A stretch of 64,000 nt of DNA from Candidatus Bathyarchaeota archaeon (GTDB lineage: Archaea; Thermoproteota; CALKCG01; B24; DRYS01): positions 207 to 64,206 of the forward strand of contig JAGTQC010000008.1 of the NCBI GenBank assembly GCA_018396535.1, written 5' to 3'. The position numbers and the translations under genes were made by a program. The notes beneath the pieces are model-generated. The model searched no databases. It was not told the DNA's origin and was given only the letters and a program-made list of their open reading frames with translations. Below, piece after piece: positions 9,422 to 18,371 of this stretch; within the stretch, counting starts at the first letter, position 1; the number at the start of each line of letters is the position of its first letter.

Positions 9422-9646
9422 CTATTCTTCATCAAGCCATACACTATACTCGTGAGCTATACCGCTAACTACGCCAGCAGCGAATACTATACCAGCTAAT
9501 ACTGCTGGATCTACTGTTAGAAATCCTAGGCTAGCGACAGCGCTAGCTAGTAGATAGATCGCTGTAGCGAAGAATATGCCTACGCCACTACCGTAGATGA
9601 AGCCCTTAGCTACACGGAATAATACGCTCTTCCTACCCATCCTCAA
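9422..9646 (-). CDS. small two-TM membrane protein in tail module
   Basis: 74 aa with two hydrophobic helices (FIYGSGVGIFFATAIYLLASAV and VLAGIVFAAGVVSGIA). Confidence 0.5.
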   Translation of the reverse strand: MRMGRKSVLFRVAKGFIYGSGVGIFFATAIYLLASAVASLGFLTVDPAVLAGIVFAAGVVSGIAHEYSVWLDEE

Positions 9647-9736
9647 CCACCTCCTAAGGCGTTTCTACGCCTATCCCGCAGATCCTAGCTAGAACCATTC
9701 TGATATGGATAGTCTAGGATCTGTCGGGGGCTAGAT

Positions 9737-10150
9737 CTACGGTTTATGGAGAATCATCCTTATCCTCAAAACCATTCTTACACCCTTTATGAATCCTTCC
9801 CCTATCTTCATACATTCTGAATCCCAGCGTATGAGCTTAGAATCGTCGACTATACCGTTAAGATCCTGTCTACTCGATAGGATATCATATACTCTTTCAC
9901 TAAGCTCCATAACGCTATCCTCAACCTCTTCTGGATTAGGTTTTAGATCAACTATCAAAACTTCGTAATCGTTACGATACTCGAATATACCACCTGTATA
10001 GGTGATATCGCCGCCGATCCAGATAACAGCTATGTAGGGGTATTTCTCGAATACTCTAGGATAACCTCTAAACCATGCCTTAACCCTACTCTGAAGCATG
10101 GGATCCGATCGTAGAAGGCTTATAATCGTATCTGATATCTCCTTAAGCAT
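9737..10150 (-). CDS. tail completion / terminator candidate
   Basis: 137 aa. It overlaps the upstream gene by 8 nt and lies between head-closure-type genes and the tube gene. Confidence 0.4.
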   Translation of the reverse strand: MLKEISDTIISLLRSDPMLQSRVKAWFRGYPRVFEKYPYIAVIWIGGDITYTGGIFEYRNDYEVLIVDLKPNPEEVEDSVMELSERVYDILSSRQDLNGIVDDSKLIRWDSECMKIGEGFIKGVRMVLRIRMILHKP

Positions 10151-10559
10151 TCCTCAATACCTCAGCTAGTATTTCAGGTAGGATTTCGAAAGCCTTCCTC
10201 AAGAATTCTCTAAAGAATGGTTGAGGTGGGAAGCCCGGATGGTATACACGCTTAGCGAAGATAACTCTTCCTTCGATATCGAAGCGGAGAGCTCTCGCTC
10301 TATGAGGTAGGATCTCGTGGGGTCTAGTACCAAGTATAAGGTATAACAGGTATTCCGGGCCTACCACAGCTATCCCATCCCTACGTAGTTCGATGTATAG
10401 TTCGTTTCGAAGTCTACCATCCTGTAAGGGTGTATGCATCCGTAGGATTTGCTCGATTCTAGAAGCCCAAGCTTCACTAGCTTCTCTCAGTATTATCCCA
10501 ACCCTATCCCTGAGCCTTGCTATAATCTCGATATTCGAAGCTACGATTTCCACCTTCAA
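10143..10559 (-). CDS. HK97 gp10-like head-tail joining protein candidate
   Basis: 138 aa. The segment MHTPLQDGRLRNELYIE resembles the conserved (V)P(V)DTG.LR.S region of gp10-family proteins. The position fits. Confidence 0.45.
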   Translation of the reverse strand: MKVEIVASNIEIIARLRDRVGIILREASEAWASRIEQILRMHTPLQDGRLRNELYIELRRDGIAVVGPEYLLYLILGTRPHEILPHRARALRFDIEGRVIFAKRVYHPGFPPQPFFREFLRKAFEILPEILAEVLRNA

Positions 10560-10561
10560 GC

Positions 10562-11146
10562 TTACCCAACCGCTATAACCGTTTGCTTGAATCGATCTAG
10601 TAGCTCGGTATTCCTTAATTCGAGGATAGGTGTATCCCTCCTCTCATTTCGTAGGAAGCGTATGAATTCGAGTAGGAATGAAGCTACAGATTCTATAACT
10701 ATAGATTCGATAACAGGGTCTACTTCTATAAAGCCTGATCTCATAGATAATCGTATACTCTGCTTAAGGTTTAGGTTTGGCTGATCGAGGAGGTAGATCC
10801 TATCGTCTACTCTAGTAAAGCCTATCGGAGACCATACTGGACCCCTATCATCCCCTATATTCTTCTCGACGCTTATAACCTGTATGATAGGGGTGTATGG
10901 TGGTATAATATACGATCCGCCACCATCTTCCACTCTTATATCCCTACCACGATAGACTACTGTTATATCTACTCCACCTTTGAAAAACCCGTTAGGTACA
11001 CTACAATACCTATCTACAAGTCTAGATGCCGTATCTATAAGTCTTCCGATATATGCTTCGAACCCCTCCTCATTATCGAAGCCGAAGCTATTGTAGTCTA
11101 ACCCCCCTATCCTATCCCTAACCTTTGATATATCTGCGTAACTCAT
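10562..11146 (-). CDS. head-tail connector/adaptor candidate
   Basis: 194 aa. The N-terminal helical region (ISKVRDRIGG ... IGRLIDTASRLVDRYC) resembles gp6-like connectors. The position fits. Confidence 0.45.
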   Translation of the reverse strand: MSYADISKVRDRIGGLDYNSFGFDNEEGFEAYIGRLIDTASRLVDRYCSVPNGFFKGGVDITVVYRGRDIRVEDGGGSYIIPPYTPIIQVISVEKNIGDDRGPVWSPIGFTRVDDRIYLLDQPNLNLKQSIRLSMRSGFIEVDPVIESIVIESVASFLLEFIRFLRNERRDTPILELRNTELLDRFKQTVIAVG

Positions 11147-11245
11147 ATCCTACCCTCTGAATAGTAATCTCTATACCCCTCCTACGCTTAACGCATCTAT
11201 CCACTACGTTACTAGCTAATACAATCTCATCAAGATTCACTCATC

Positions 11246-12253
11246 CTAGATACTGTAGACTCTACTCGAAAGTCTGAACATAGATTGTGTATTAGGCCCA
11301 TTCCTATATGCGACTCTAACATATCTAAGCGTTACGGGATGTCTCTCTATGCGTGCGACGTATATCGCCGTGCCATCCGGATTCACCAACTGCTCCGTCT
11401 GCGTATTCTTCACGGTTACCCAATCGGTATTGTTTGGGCTTTCCTGAATAATCAGTATACCAGGTTGATCTGAGACTGCGTGAGCGTTTATGAAGGCATG
11501 GTGGTCGTAGGGGGATGATGAGTTTATCTGTGTATCTCTCGATGTACCTATGAAGGATGAGTTTGCTCCGAGAGGTGTCGTCGAATCGGTGTAAGGTGTA
11601 GCTAGGAGGCGGGCGGTCGGTAGGACTATGCCTATCCTATTAGACCCTGTTTGTATAGAGGTGATGTTAACGGGTAGGGAGATGTTTCCTGAAGTTGAGC
11701 CTGTACTAGATACGATCCATGAGCTGATAGGTTCAGCATACAATACGACTAAGTCTACCTGTACATCACCTGTACCGATATTCCTTATCGATATAGGTAG
11801 CGGCTTGTTAGGTATCTTAGATGCTAGGTAAGGTCCATAGGGTGATCCGTTGACCCATAGCATTAGCATATCGGATTCCCATAATATTACGAATACATTC
11901 CAGCTCGTCTCCGTAACGCTCGCTGTCGTCGATCCTTCTACTGGATCCACCGTGCTCCTATACCTTAACGCACCGCTACTCCAGATAACGTAATCGCTAC
12001 CGCCATCGTAGAATCCTATCTGAAGGCTTGATGTAGCTGTGCTTCTAGCTACGGCGACTAGATAGCCGTAGATCCATCTACGCTTAGTCCTTACTTCACC
12101 GCCAGCCGGGAGTGTTAGGATACTAGCTGAAACCGATGGTGATCCAGTAACTATATTCCAATTATCTAGATTATCGAAATCGTCGCGGAATAGGTATCTA
12201 CCTGAAACCTTTACACCCTCCTCGTATATCGCTCTAATCTCATTACTACTCAA
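11246..12253 (-). CDS. LamG/ConA-like jelly-roll protein (head decoration or fibre candidate)
   Basis: 335 aa. The N-terminal half (FRDDFDNLDNWNIVTG ... WNVFVILWESDMLMLWVNG ... VDLVVLYAEP) has the pattern of concanavalin-like lectin/glucanase domains. Confidence 0.5.
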   Translation of the reverse strand: MSSNEIRAIYEEGVKVSGRYLFRDDFDNLDNWNIVTGSPSVSASILTLPAGGEVRTKRRWIYGYLVAVARSTATSSLQIGFYDGGSDYVIWSSGALRYRSTVDPVEGSTTASVTETSWNVFVILWESDMLMLWVNGSPYGPYLASKIPNKPLPISIRNIGTGDVQVDLVVLYAEPISSWIVSSTGSTSGNISLPVNITSIQTGSNRIGIVLPTARLLATPYTDSTTPLGANSSFIGTSRDTQINSSSPYDHHAFINAHAVSDQPGILIIQESPNNTDWVTVKNTQTEQLVNPDGTAIYVARIERHPVTLRYVRVAYRNGPNTQSMFRLSSRVYSI

Positions 12254-12295
12254 GCCGTAGCCCTCCTATAGGATGGATTGTTAGGGAAGGGGGTT

Positions 12296-14167
12296 CTAGT
12301 ATGTTGCAGGTGTCTTTATCTCGATTATACCGTTTTTATCGATTACCCCTATCGCGAACGTTATGCTTCCGGTTAACTTTATCCTTCTGTTAACGGTATC
12401 CCTCTCAGTCTCTATGAGTAGCTCCCTTTTCGGTGCGAATATCATACTATCCCTATGGATGAGGTATGCTGAAAGCCTATGGTTTATGGTATCGTGCTCA
12501 GGTAGGTTGTGGCATACTGCTATCTTTACTCCGAAGAGTTCTGTAATCCTACCTTCGCGTACTAGATCAGGTCTAGCGTATACTATAGCTTGGCTTCCTA
12601 CGATATCCTTCATCAACGATTCGTACATCCCAGGTGATAGGGTTAGGAGGCAATCTCCAGGATCGGCTGATTTAAAACTTGATAGTAGCTTACTTAGAGC
12701 TTCGACTATCCAATCAGCATCGAAGTTGACGGTAGAACTGCTCTTATCGATTTCAGGTATGCTTGGATCTGATATAAGGGTATCGAATATGTATCTATCG
12801 ACTGCTCTGAGAGCTGCTTCGCTAAACCTACCTTCAAGCTCTGATAGGAGATCTGGTGTAAGCTTCTCTATATCAGCATACGGTATCATAGTACATGCGG
12901 CAGCCTCCTTTAGTGTAGCTTGTACTACACCGTATAGATTCGTCTTAGCTGTAAGTGTATCGCCTACAGATGCTAGTACATCCATATCGAAATCCCTGAC
13001 ATAAGGTATATTCACTATATCTCCAGGCTTACCAGCTAGTATATCACTCCTCTTAACAAAGGTAGCTATCCTAGCTGCACTTACTTCTGGTAGGGTGAAG
13101 GGTGGGGTCCACTGTTCGCGAAGGCTACCGTTTCTCAAAGCATCTATGAAACGCCTCCTACCATCCATCATCAGATCGGCATCTTCTACGACCACGCCTT
13201 TCTGAGACATCTCTCCGATATCACCCCTATTTGTCGAACCCCCAGCACTTTCAAGCTCTGCCCCAGGCTGGGGTTGAGGCTTCATAGCTTCGTGAGTTTT
13301 GGAATCTGCCCCTTCGGTTGAGGCTTCATCTCGATGAGCTTCACGGAATTCTGGAGGTTCACGATCAAAGTCTTCGTAGTGTGCTCTTAGATGATTATAG
13401 ACAGCTCTACGATCCTCATCCGGTATATCTACTCCTCCTCTAGCACCCATCAACGCAGCCATAGCTGCTACGACTCCACGCCAAACCGTTACAAGCCTAC
13501 CATCAACCACATCATGGTGGGGGAGCTTGTATGAGCCAAAATTTTCAGGGTTTTCATGATCGTACCATGCGAATGCCCTCCTATACTTACTCCAATCTAT
13601 CTTGTCTTTATCACCAGATCCATCGCTTGAAGCCCATTTCCTTATACGCATCTCCGCAGCATCCGCATCCCACTCACGATCCATATCTGCTAGAGGCTCC
13701 CTCTCATACCTGACAGCCCTCTCCCCTACTAGATTTTCAACTACCATGATGTTCGCCTCTCTATCACCTGGCACAGCGACGAGGCTTAGCTCACGGAAAG
13801 CTAGATCGTGAGGTATACGTACACCATCCTCGACGTCGAGTATCTCATAATCCGCACCTATCGATACATGCTTGATCAATCCTCTACGAATCTTCTCAGC
13901 AACCTCTTCATCGTATATCTCAGCTTCGAAGACTACGGCTTTCTCATCCTCATCGTACCACGCATCTACAACTTTTCCAACAGCATTCATAGCGGATATA
14001 TGCTCAAGGTATACTGGTACACCTTTTAGGGTTGAGGCTGCTTTTCTAAGCTCATCCTCTAGATAACGGTTTAGATTCCTCGTGGTACCGGCATGTATAG
14101 CGTATCCTCTAACTCTTAGAGGCTTAGCTAGTAATGCTTCGACTGATGTTATCCATGATCTATGCAT
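12296..14167 (-). CDS. prohead protease - linker - HK97-type major capsid protein fusion
   Basis: The N-terminus (RVRGYAIHAG ... GVPVYLEH ... VGKVVDAWYDEDEKAVVFEAEI ... HVSIGADY) resembles HK97-family prohead protease. The middle carries the KLPHHD...AALMGARGG motif seen in phage protease/scaffold proteins. The ~300-aa C-terminus is capsid-like. Confidence 0.75.
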   Translation of the reverse strand: MHRSWITSVEALLAKPLRVRGYAIHAGTTRNLNRYLEDELRKAASTLKGVPVYLEHISAMNAVGKVVDAWYDEDEKAVVFEAEIYDEEVAEKIRRGLIKHVSIGADYEILDVEDGVRIPHDLAFRELSLVAVPGDREANIMVVENLVGERAVRYEREPLADMDREWDADAAEMRIRKWASSDGSGDKDKIDWSKYRRAFAWYDHENPENFGSYKLPHHDVVDGRLVTVWRGVVAAMAALMGARGGVDIPDEDRRAVYNHLRAHYEDFDREPPEFREAHRDEASTEGADSKTHEAMKPQPQPGAELESAGGSTNRGDIGEMSQKGVVVEDADLMMDGRRRFIDALRNGSLREQWTPPFTLPEVSAARIATFVKRSDILAGKPGDIVNIPYVRDFDMDVLASVGDTLTAKTNLYGVVQATLKEAAACTMIPYADIEKLTPDLLSELEGRFSEAALRAVDRYIFDTLISDPSIPEIDKSSSTVNFDADWIVEALSKLLSSFKSADPGDCLLTLSPGMYESLMKDIVGSQAIVYARPDLVREGRITELFGVKIAVCHNLPEHDTINHRLSAYLIHRDSMIFAPKRELLIETERDTVNRRIKLTGSITFAIGVIDKNGIIEIKTPATY

Positions 14168-14179
14168 AGTCTAGCCCTC

Positions 14180-14413
14180 CTAGATTATGAATGCATCTAC
14201 TAGTAGACCTAGGATTAATCCGAGCGTGTATTCGGCTACTTCTCCTGAAATCCTAGCTGGGGGATCTCCATCTATCAGATCTAGGATCTGCTTGAATATG
14301 AAGATGAGGGAGAAGAGCCATGGATAGCCTAATACTGCACCTATGAATCCGAATAGTATATGGAATATAACTCCATGCCTGAATTCTATTATCGTATTAA
14401 GTATACGCTTCAT
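14180..14413 (-). CDS. small two-TM membrane protein in head module
   Basis: 77 aa with two hydrophobic helices. It overlaps the portal gene end by 17 nt. Confidence 0.5.
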   Translation of the reverse strand: MKRILNTIIEFRHGVIFHILFGFIGAVLGYPWLFSLIFIFKQILDLIDGDPPARISGEVAEYTLGLILGLLVDAFII

Positions 14414-15791
14414 TATTCAGCACCTCGTATATCCTCGGGAAGTTTGAGTTATACCAATCTCTCGCTTTATCTATCGTCCAGTTGTATGCTTTCTTAAACC
14501 CGATCTTATACACCATACGCACCCCCGTCGACTTGGATCTAGCTACGACTATGTATATGCCTCTATCCGCATCTATCGTCGTATAGCGGATAGAGGGTTG
14601 ATCCGCATCCTCGGGATCTAGTAGGAGTAGGTATACTTCATCTATATCCTCCACCCATCTAGGCTTGAATAGTGGTTTAAACCTGGATTCCTCTATAGCT
14701 TCTATAGGGAACCCCATCTTTGCGAGCCACCTTCTAGCTTCGCTCGGATCTAGTACGAAGCTTTTTACAAGGTTAGCAATATCGCTTAACGTCAACTCGT
14801 CAAGTTTTGTACGAGGTAGACCCCAGTAGAGTCTAGGAGTTTCGCTTAACCCTTCAGCTTCGATTAGAGGTTTGAATACCTCTGCTTCTATCCTACGTTT
14901 AAGATACCTCTGTATACCTGCTACTCGTCTATCGACCGTGTCAAGCATTGTTCTAGCTGAAGCTTCGGTAGCGTTTCGAAGCCATGATAGTAGCGGAGCT
15001 TGTAGACCTTCGAATATCTGTTTATCTAGGTATTCGTAGTAGAATTCGAATCTAGCACGTGGATCTACGGTGAGGAGCTTGTAGTCTATGCTACCAGCTA
15101 GGATTATATCTTCATCTGGCTGTAGGTTTTCTAGGACTGCTTGTAGACGTTTTAAAGAATTCTCGTTATCAACCTTCCATATGATCTTCGGAGCTGCATA
15201 CCTGGATAGGATTTTAGCCATATCATCTATAGCTTTACGTTTAGCTTTCAATAGATCTAGGACTGGATGGAGGAGGCTTAGCCCGTATGCTGAGGTTCCT
15301 ACAGGATTATACTTTAGATGTATTATCTCTTCTGGTTTAAACTCTATTCGTCTACCCTTAGCTTCCTGTATATAGGCTTCCACCTCCCCGTACTCGTTAC
15401 GCTTAACCCTCATGGTTTTCGATGGTAGTAGTTTTAGATCGGTTAGACATCTACCTTGATAGATTTTCTCTATGAAAGCGTCGCCGTATATTAGCATAGA
15501 TCTAACCGATTCTCGTAGAAGATTATCCATATCTATCCTCTCAGCGAATCTATCCACTACCTCCTTAGCTCTTGTATCGTCGGCTACTGTATAGTATCCT
15601 ACACCTACTATTAGCTCGACGTATGTATCGATAGCAGCGTGAGCTATAGGATCCTCTCTATAGTATCTCTCTAATTCTTCTAGGCTTGTTTCGAATCTAG
15701 CTTCATACCTAAATATCGATGGTGATGTATCTACTAGCCCCTTCCTTCTAGCAGCTTTAGCAGCTTCGGCTACCCTTCTCAGTATACTCAT
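14397..15791 (-). CDS. portal protein
   Basis: 464 aa. Its start forms an ATGA overlap with the terminase stop. Size and position are canonical for a portal. Confidence 0.75.
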   Translation of the reverse strand: MSILRRVAEAAKAARRKGLVDTSPSIFRYEARFETSLEELERYYREDPIAHAAIDTYVELIVGVGYYTVADDTRAKEVVDRFAERIDMDNLLRESVRSMLIYGDAFIEKIYQGRCLTDLKLLPSKTMRVKRNEYGEVEAYIQEAKGRRIEFKPEEIIHLKYNPVGTSAYGLSLLHPVLDLLKAKRKAIDDMAKILSRYAAPKIIWKVDNENSLKRLQAVLENLQPDEDIILAGSIDYKLLTVDPRARFEFYYEYLDKQIFEGLQAPLLSWLRNATEASARTMLDTVDRRVAGIQRYLKRRIEAEVFKPLIEAEGLSETPRLYWGLPRTKLDELTLSDIANLVKSFVLDPSEARRWLAKMGFPIEAIEESRFKPLFKPRWVEDIDEVYLLLLDPEDADQPSIRYTTIDADRGIYIVVARSKSTGVRMVYKIGFKKAYNWTIDKARDWYNSNFPRIYEVLNNEAYT

Positions 15792-17185
15792 CTAAACATC
15801 CTCCTAAGATTGTATAATACTCGTCTACTCTTCGATATGCTTGGTATACCCTCTTTGGATGCGTATACTGCTAGAGCTAGAGCCCATAGCATATCGTCAT
15901 GGCTACCGCTGCTATGTGTGAATAGTATGTGTCCATCCTTTGTTAAACTAAATTTCTCAGAGTTCATCTCTACTATGAGATCTGGATCATATGGTATGGA
16001 TAGCCTACCCTCTATCATAGCTTGTTTTAGATATCCAAGTATCTCCTCCTTCCTCTGTATAGTGAGTGTAACCCCTTCGACTGGTATACCTATGCTACGC
16101 ATATCCTCTACGATATACTCTCCTACACCTGTCTGATCTACGTAGACTGCTATAATATCGCTCCATAGGTTGCATAGGTTTCTCATATAACCGATAATCG
16201 TCGTATAGCTTGTCTCCAGCGGGAAACGGTGGCAGTGTACGAGTTTTAGATGTTCTTCAACCTTCTCTACTATAGCTATGACGCTGTGATCGCGGTGTTT
16301 ACCTAGATCTAATCCGCTATAGAATATGCCTCTCGGTTTTGATTGGGGATCGTAGTATTCGAGTTCTGGATCTATGCATTTAGCGATTAGGTTTTGTGGA
16401 AGATAGCTATCCTCATCCTCTATGAATTCTGTTTCGAATTCTCTTTTAAAACGTTCCGGCGGTATTACTCTACGCATCTCCTCTATAAACTCCTGTTTAA
16501 CCAGTCCTGCCTCTACTACATCCCTCCATGTAGCTATATGCTTACTATAGCTTGGATCGCTACAGGCTTTGTAGAATACGCTATTCTTACTCCATGGGGT
16601 TGATGAGAGTACGAGTATACCATCGGTTGTAGCTAGCATAGGGTATATGACGCTGTAGATCAGGGTTTCGTCATCCTTTATGAATGCAGCCTCGTCTACG
16701 AGCACCTGGTGAGCTGTATAGCCTCTCAGTAAGTGGATGCTGCATGGTAGTGCTACTATCTGGCTTCCATTCCTGAATCTTATAGTAGTTCTCCTAACCC
16801 CGGTTTTCGATACGATCCTTTCTCTCAAGCTATCTGGTAGGTTTAGTAGGAAGTTTTGTATACGATCCATCATTATCATCGATTGCCTCATTGATGGTGA
16901 GACTATTAGGGTAAGGGTTTTAGGATGTATCGATGCATACCATATAGCTCTTAAAGCTATTACAGTAGTCTTCCCGCTCTGTCTAGAAAATCTAACTGCT
17001 ATACGTTTAGATTTATCGCGTAGAAGCCTCTCCTGGTATGGTGTGGGTTTGAAGCTGAATAGTTTGGTAGCGAATTCGACGGGGTCTGTAGGGATGCTAT
17101 CGTCTACCAGCTTATCGATTCTCGAATCCTTTTCGATTCTATCTCTTAGTGTTTTTAACTTCTTCTTCAAGTTTTTCAATCTCAC
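15788..17185 (-). CDS. terminase large subunit
   Basis: Walker A FSRQSGKTTV, Walker B/catalytic LVDEAAF and coupling motif SSTP. The C-terminal RNaseH-like nuclease has GLDLGKHRDHS, VYVDQTGVG and HDDMLWALALA. Confidence 0.9.
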   Translation of the reverse strand: MRLKNLKKKLKTLRDRIEKDSRIDKLVDDSIPTDPVEFATKLFSFKPTPYQERLLRDKSKRIAVRFSRQSGKTTVIALRAIWYASIHPKTLTLIVSPSMRQSMIMMDRIQNFLLNLPDSLRERIVSKTGVRRTTIRFRNGSQIVALPCSIHLLRGYTAHQVLVDEAAFIKDDETLIYSVIYPMLATTDGILVLSSTPWSKNSVFYKACSDPSYSKHIATWRDVVEAGLVKQEFIEEMRRVIPPERFKREFETEFIEDEDSYLPQNLIAKCIDPELEYYDPQSKPRGIFYSGLDLGKHRDHSVIAIVEKVEEHLKLVHCHRFPLETSYTTIIGYMRNLCNLWSDIIAVYVDQTGVGEYIVEDMRSIGIPVEGVTLTIQRKEEILGYLKQAMIEGRLSIPYDPDLIVEMNSEKFSLTKDGHILFTHSSGSHDDMLWALALAVYASKEGIPSISKSRRVLYNLRRMFR

Positions 17186-17405
17186 GTTCTATCTCCTCTA
17201 TCTCGGTATCCTTTAGAGCTCCGAGCATAACTTGAGCTATATAGGCTGCGAGCCTTAATGCTTCGAGCCTGATTTTTACACGTACTCTATTATCGTTAGC
17301 TATCCTTTCAGCTTTCTCGAAGCCTGTTTTTAATCTACGGTATATCTCTTCTCTCTCACTCGGTATCTTTATCATAAGGGGTTTGATTTTGATTAGGATT
17401 TTCAA
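17139..17405 (-). CDS. small coiled-coil protein (small terminase candidate)
   Basis: 88 aa with a TTG start in a TTGA overlap with the upstream frame. It overlaps the terminase start by 47 nt. The call rests on position only. Confidence 0.35.
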   Translation of the reverse strand: MKILIKIKPLMIKIPSEREEIYRRLKTGFEKAERIANDNRVRVKIRLEALRLAAYIAQVMLGALKDTEIEEIEREIEKLEEEVKNTKR

Positions 17406-17689
17406 CCTTTCCCATCCCCATACACATCTAGAACTGTATCGTTATAGCTTTTGGATGATGACCGCCCCTTTCCAGCTCTACGCATCTCCTCTCTTACTAT
17501 TCTACGAATTTCATCTAGGAGTTTAATACCTATGCTACTATTGAGTATATCTGATACTATCCTAGCTTCTGCTTCGTATACTGTATGCCTTATACTCCTC
17601 CTAGCTTTTATGAGTGTATTATCGTAGCCGTAGATTGTGTATATTAGCTCGATCTTCTCTTCCTCACTCAGTGTTTCCCACCCCCTGAT
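17405..17689 (-). CDS. open frame without canonical start, probably the frameshifted C-terminal continuation of ORF 17664..18353
   Basis: 95 codons open (IRGWETLSEEEKIELIYTIYGYDNTLIKARR...). The first ATG/GTG/TTG appears only about 30 codons from the end. The frame would join the upstream gene if the C5 run at 17681-17685 were one base shorter. Confidence 0.4.
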
Positions 17690-18353
17690 CTAGGTAGGCT
17701 ATCCTATCGAGTGTTAGACTGTATCTACGCCATAGCTCTGAATCTACATGTACCTTCCTTTCATCGAAGTATGCTGCTTCTATATACTCTATCGCTAACT
17801 CTCCACCGTTACTATATGGTATTAGGGGTGGGAGCTTCCTAACTCCGTGGATGGTCGTCTCTATGATATACCATAGGCTATCTATCCTTACCCTAGTCCA
17901 TGCGTGTCCGTAGTATCTATCTGATCCTGTTCTTGGCTTAACCACTCCTATCGATGTATAGGCATCGAATCCTAGTATTCTAAGTAGTGTTGTGCATAGG
18001 TTGGATGTATCTACGCATATACCGTAGCCTACCTCTATTAGACGTGATGGTTTTAGCCATGCGTAATCCTCCTCCCAGCTTCTCAAGTATATCTTGAATA
18101 TGGATCCGAATCTAAGCCATGGGAATACCTCTATCTTGAATCCTGTAGATGGCTTTCCATCGGCTGTGAATGGGTATCTAAGCTTATCTATGTTGAATCT
18201 GTATACTGCTTTAACAGTATCTATCTCTCTTCTACACCTTAGCTTTTCAGCTATTCTACATAGCTTCTCATCCCATACCTCTACGAATCTTCTTACATCT
18301 ATCAATTCTGATAGACTTAATGCTTTAAGCTTCTCCATAACGATCCCCATCAT
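17664..18353 (-). CDS. transglutaminase-like cysteine protease fold protein
   Basis: The spacing of GICVDTSNLCTTLLRILGF (Cys), YGHAWTRV (His) and a downstream acidic residue is typical of the transglutaminase-core/cysteine peptidase superfamily. Confidence 0.6.
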   Translation of the reverse strand: MMGIVMEKLKALSLSELIDVRRFVEVWDEKLCRIAEKLRCRREIDTVKAVYRFNIDKLRYPFTADGKPSTGFKIEVFPWLRFGSIFKIYLRSWEEDYAWLKPSRLIEVGYGICVDTSNLCTTLLRILGFDAYTSIGVVKPRTGSDRYYGHAWTRVRIDSLWYIIETTIHGVRKLPPLIPYSNGGELAIEYIEAAYFDERKVHVDSELWRRYSLTLDRIAYLDQGVGNTE

Positions 18354-18371
18354 CTGGGATACTCTAAGATT

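Noticed and set aside
12363-13004. 213-aa plus-strand ORF, and others at 13531-14066, lying inside the protease-capsid gene.
   Set aside because: These are antisense shadow ORFs within a well-supported minus-strand gene. They are Ser/Leu-rich and low in complexity, with no motifs.
16737-17216. 159-aa plus-strand ORF opposite the terminase gene.
   Set aside because: It is a shadow ORF. The minus-strand frame carries clear terminase motifs.
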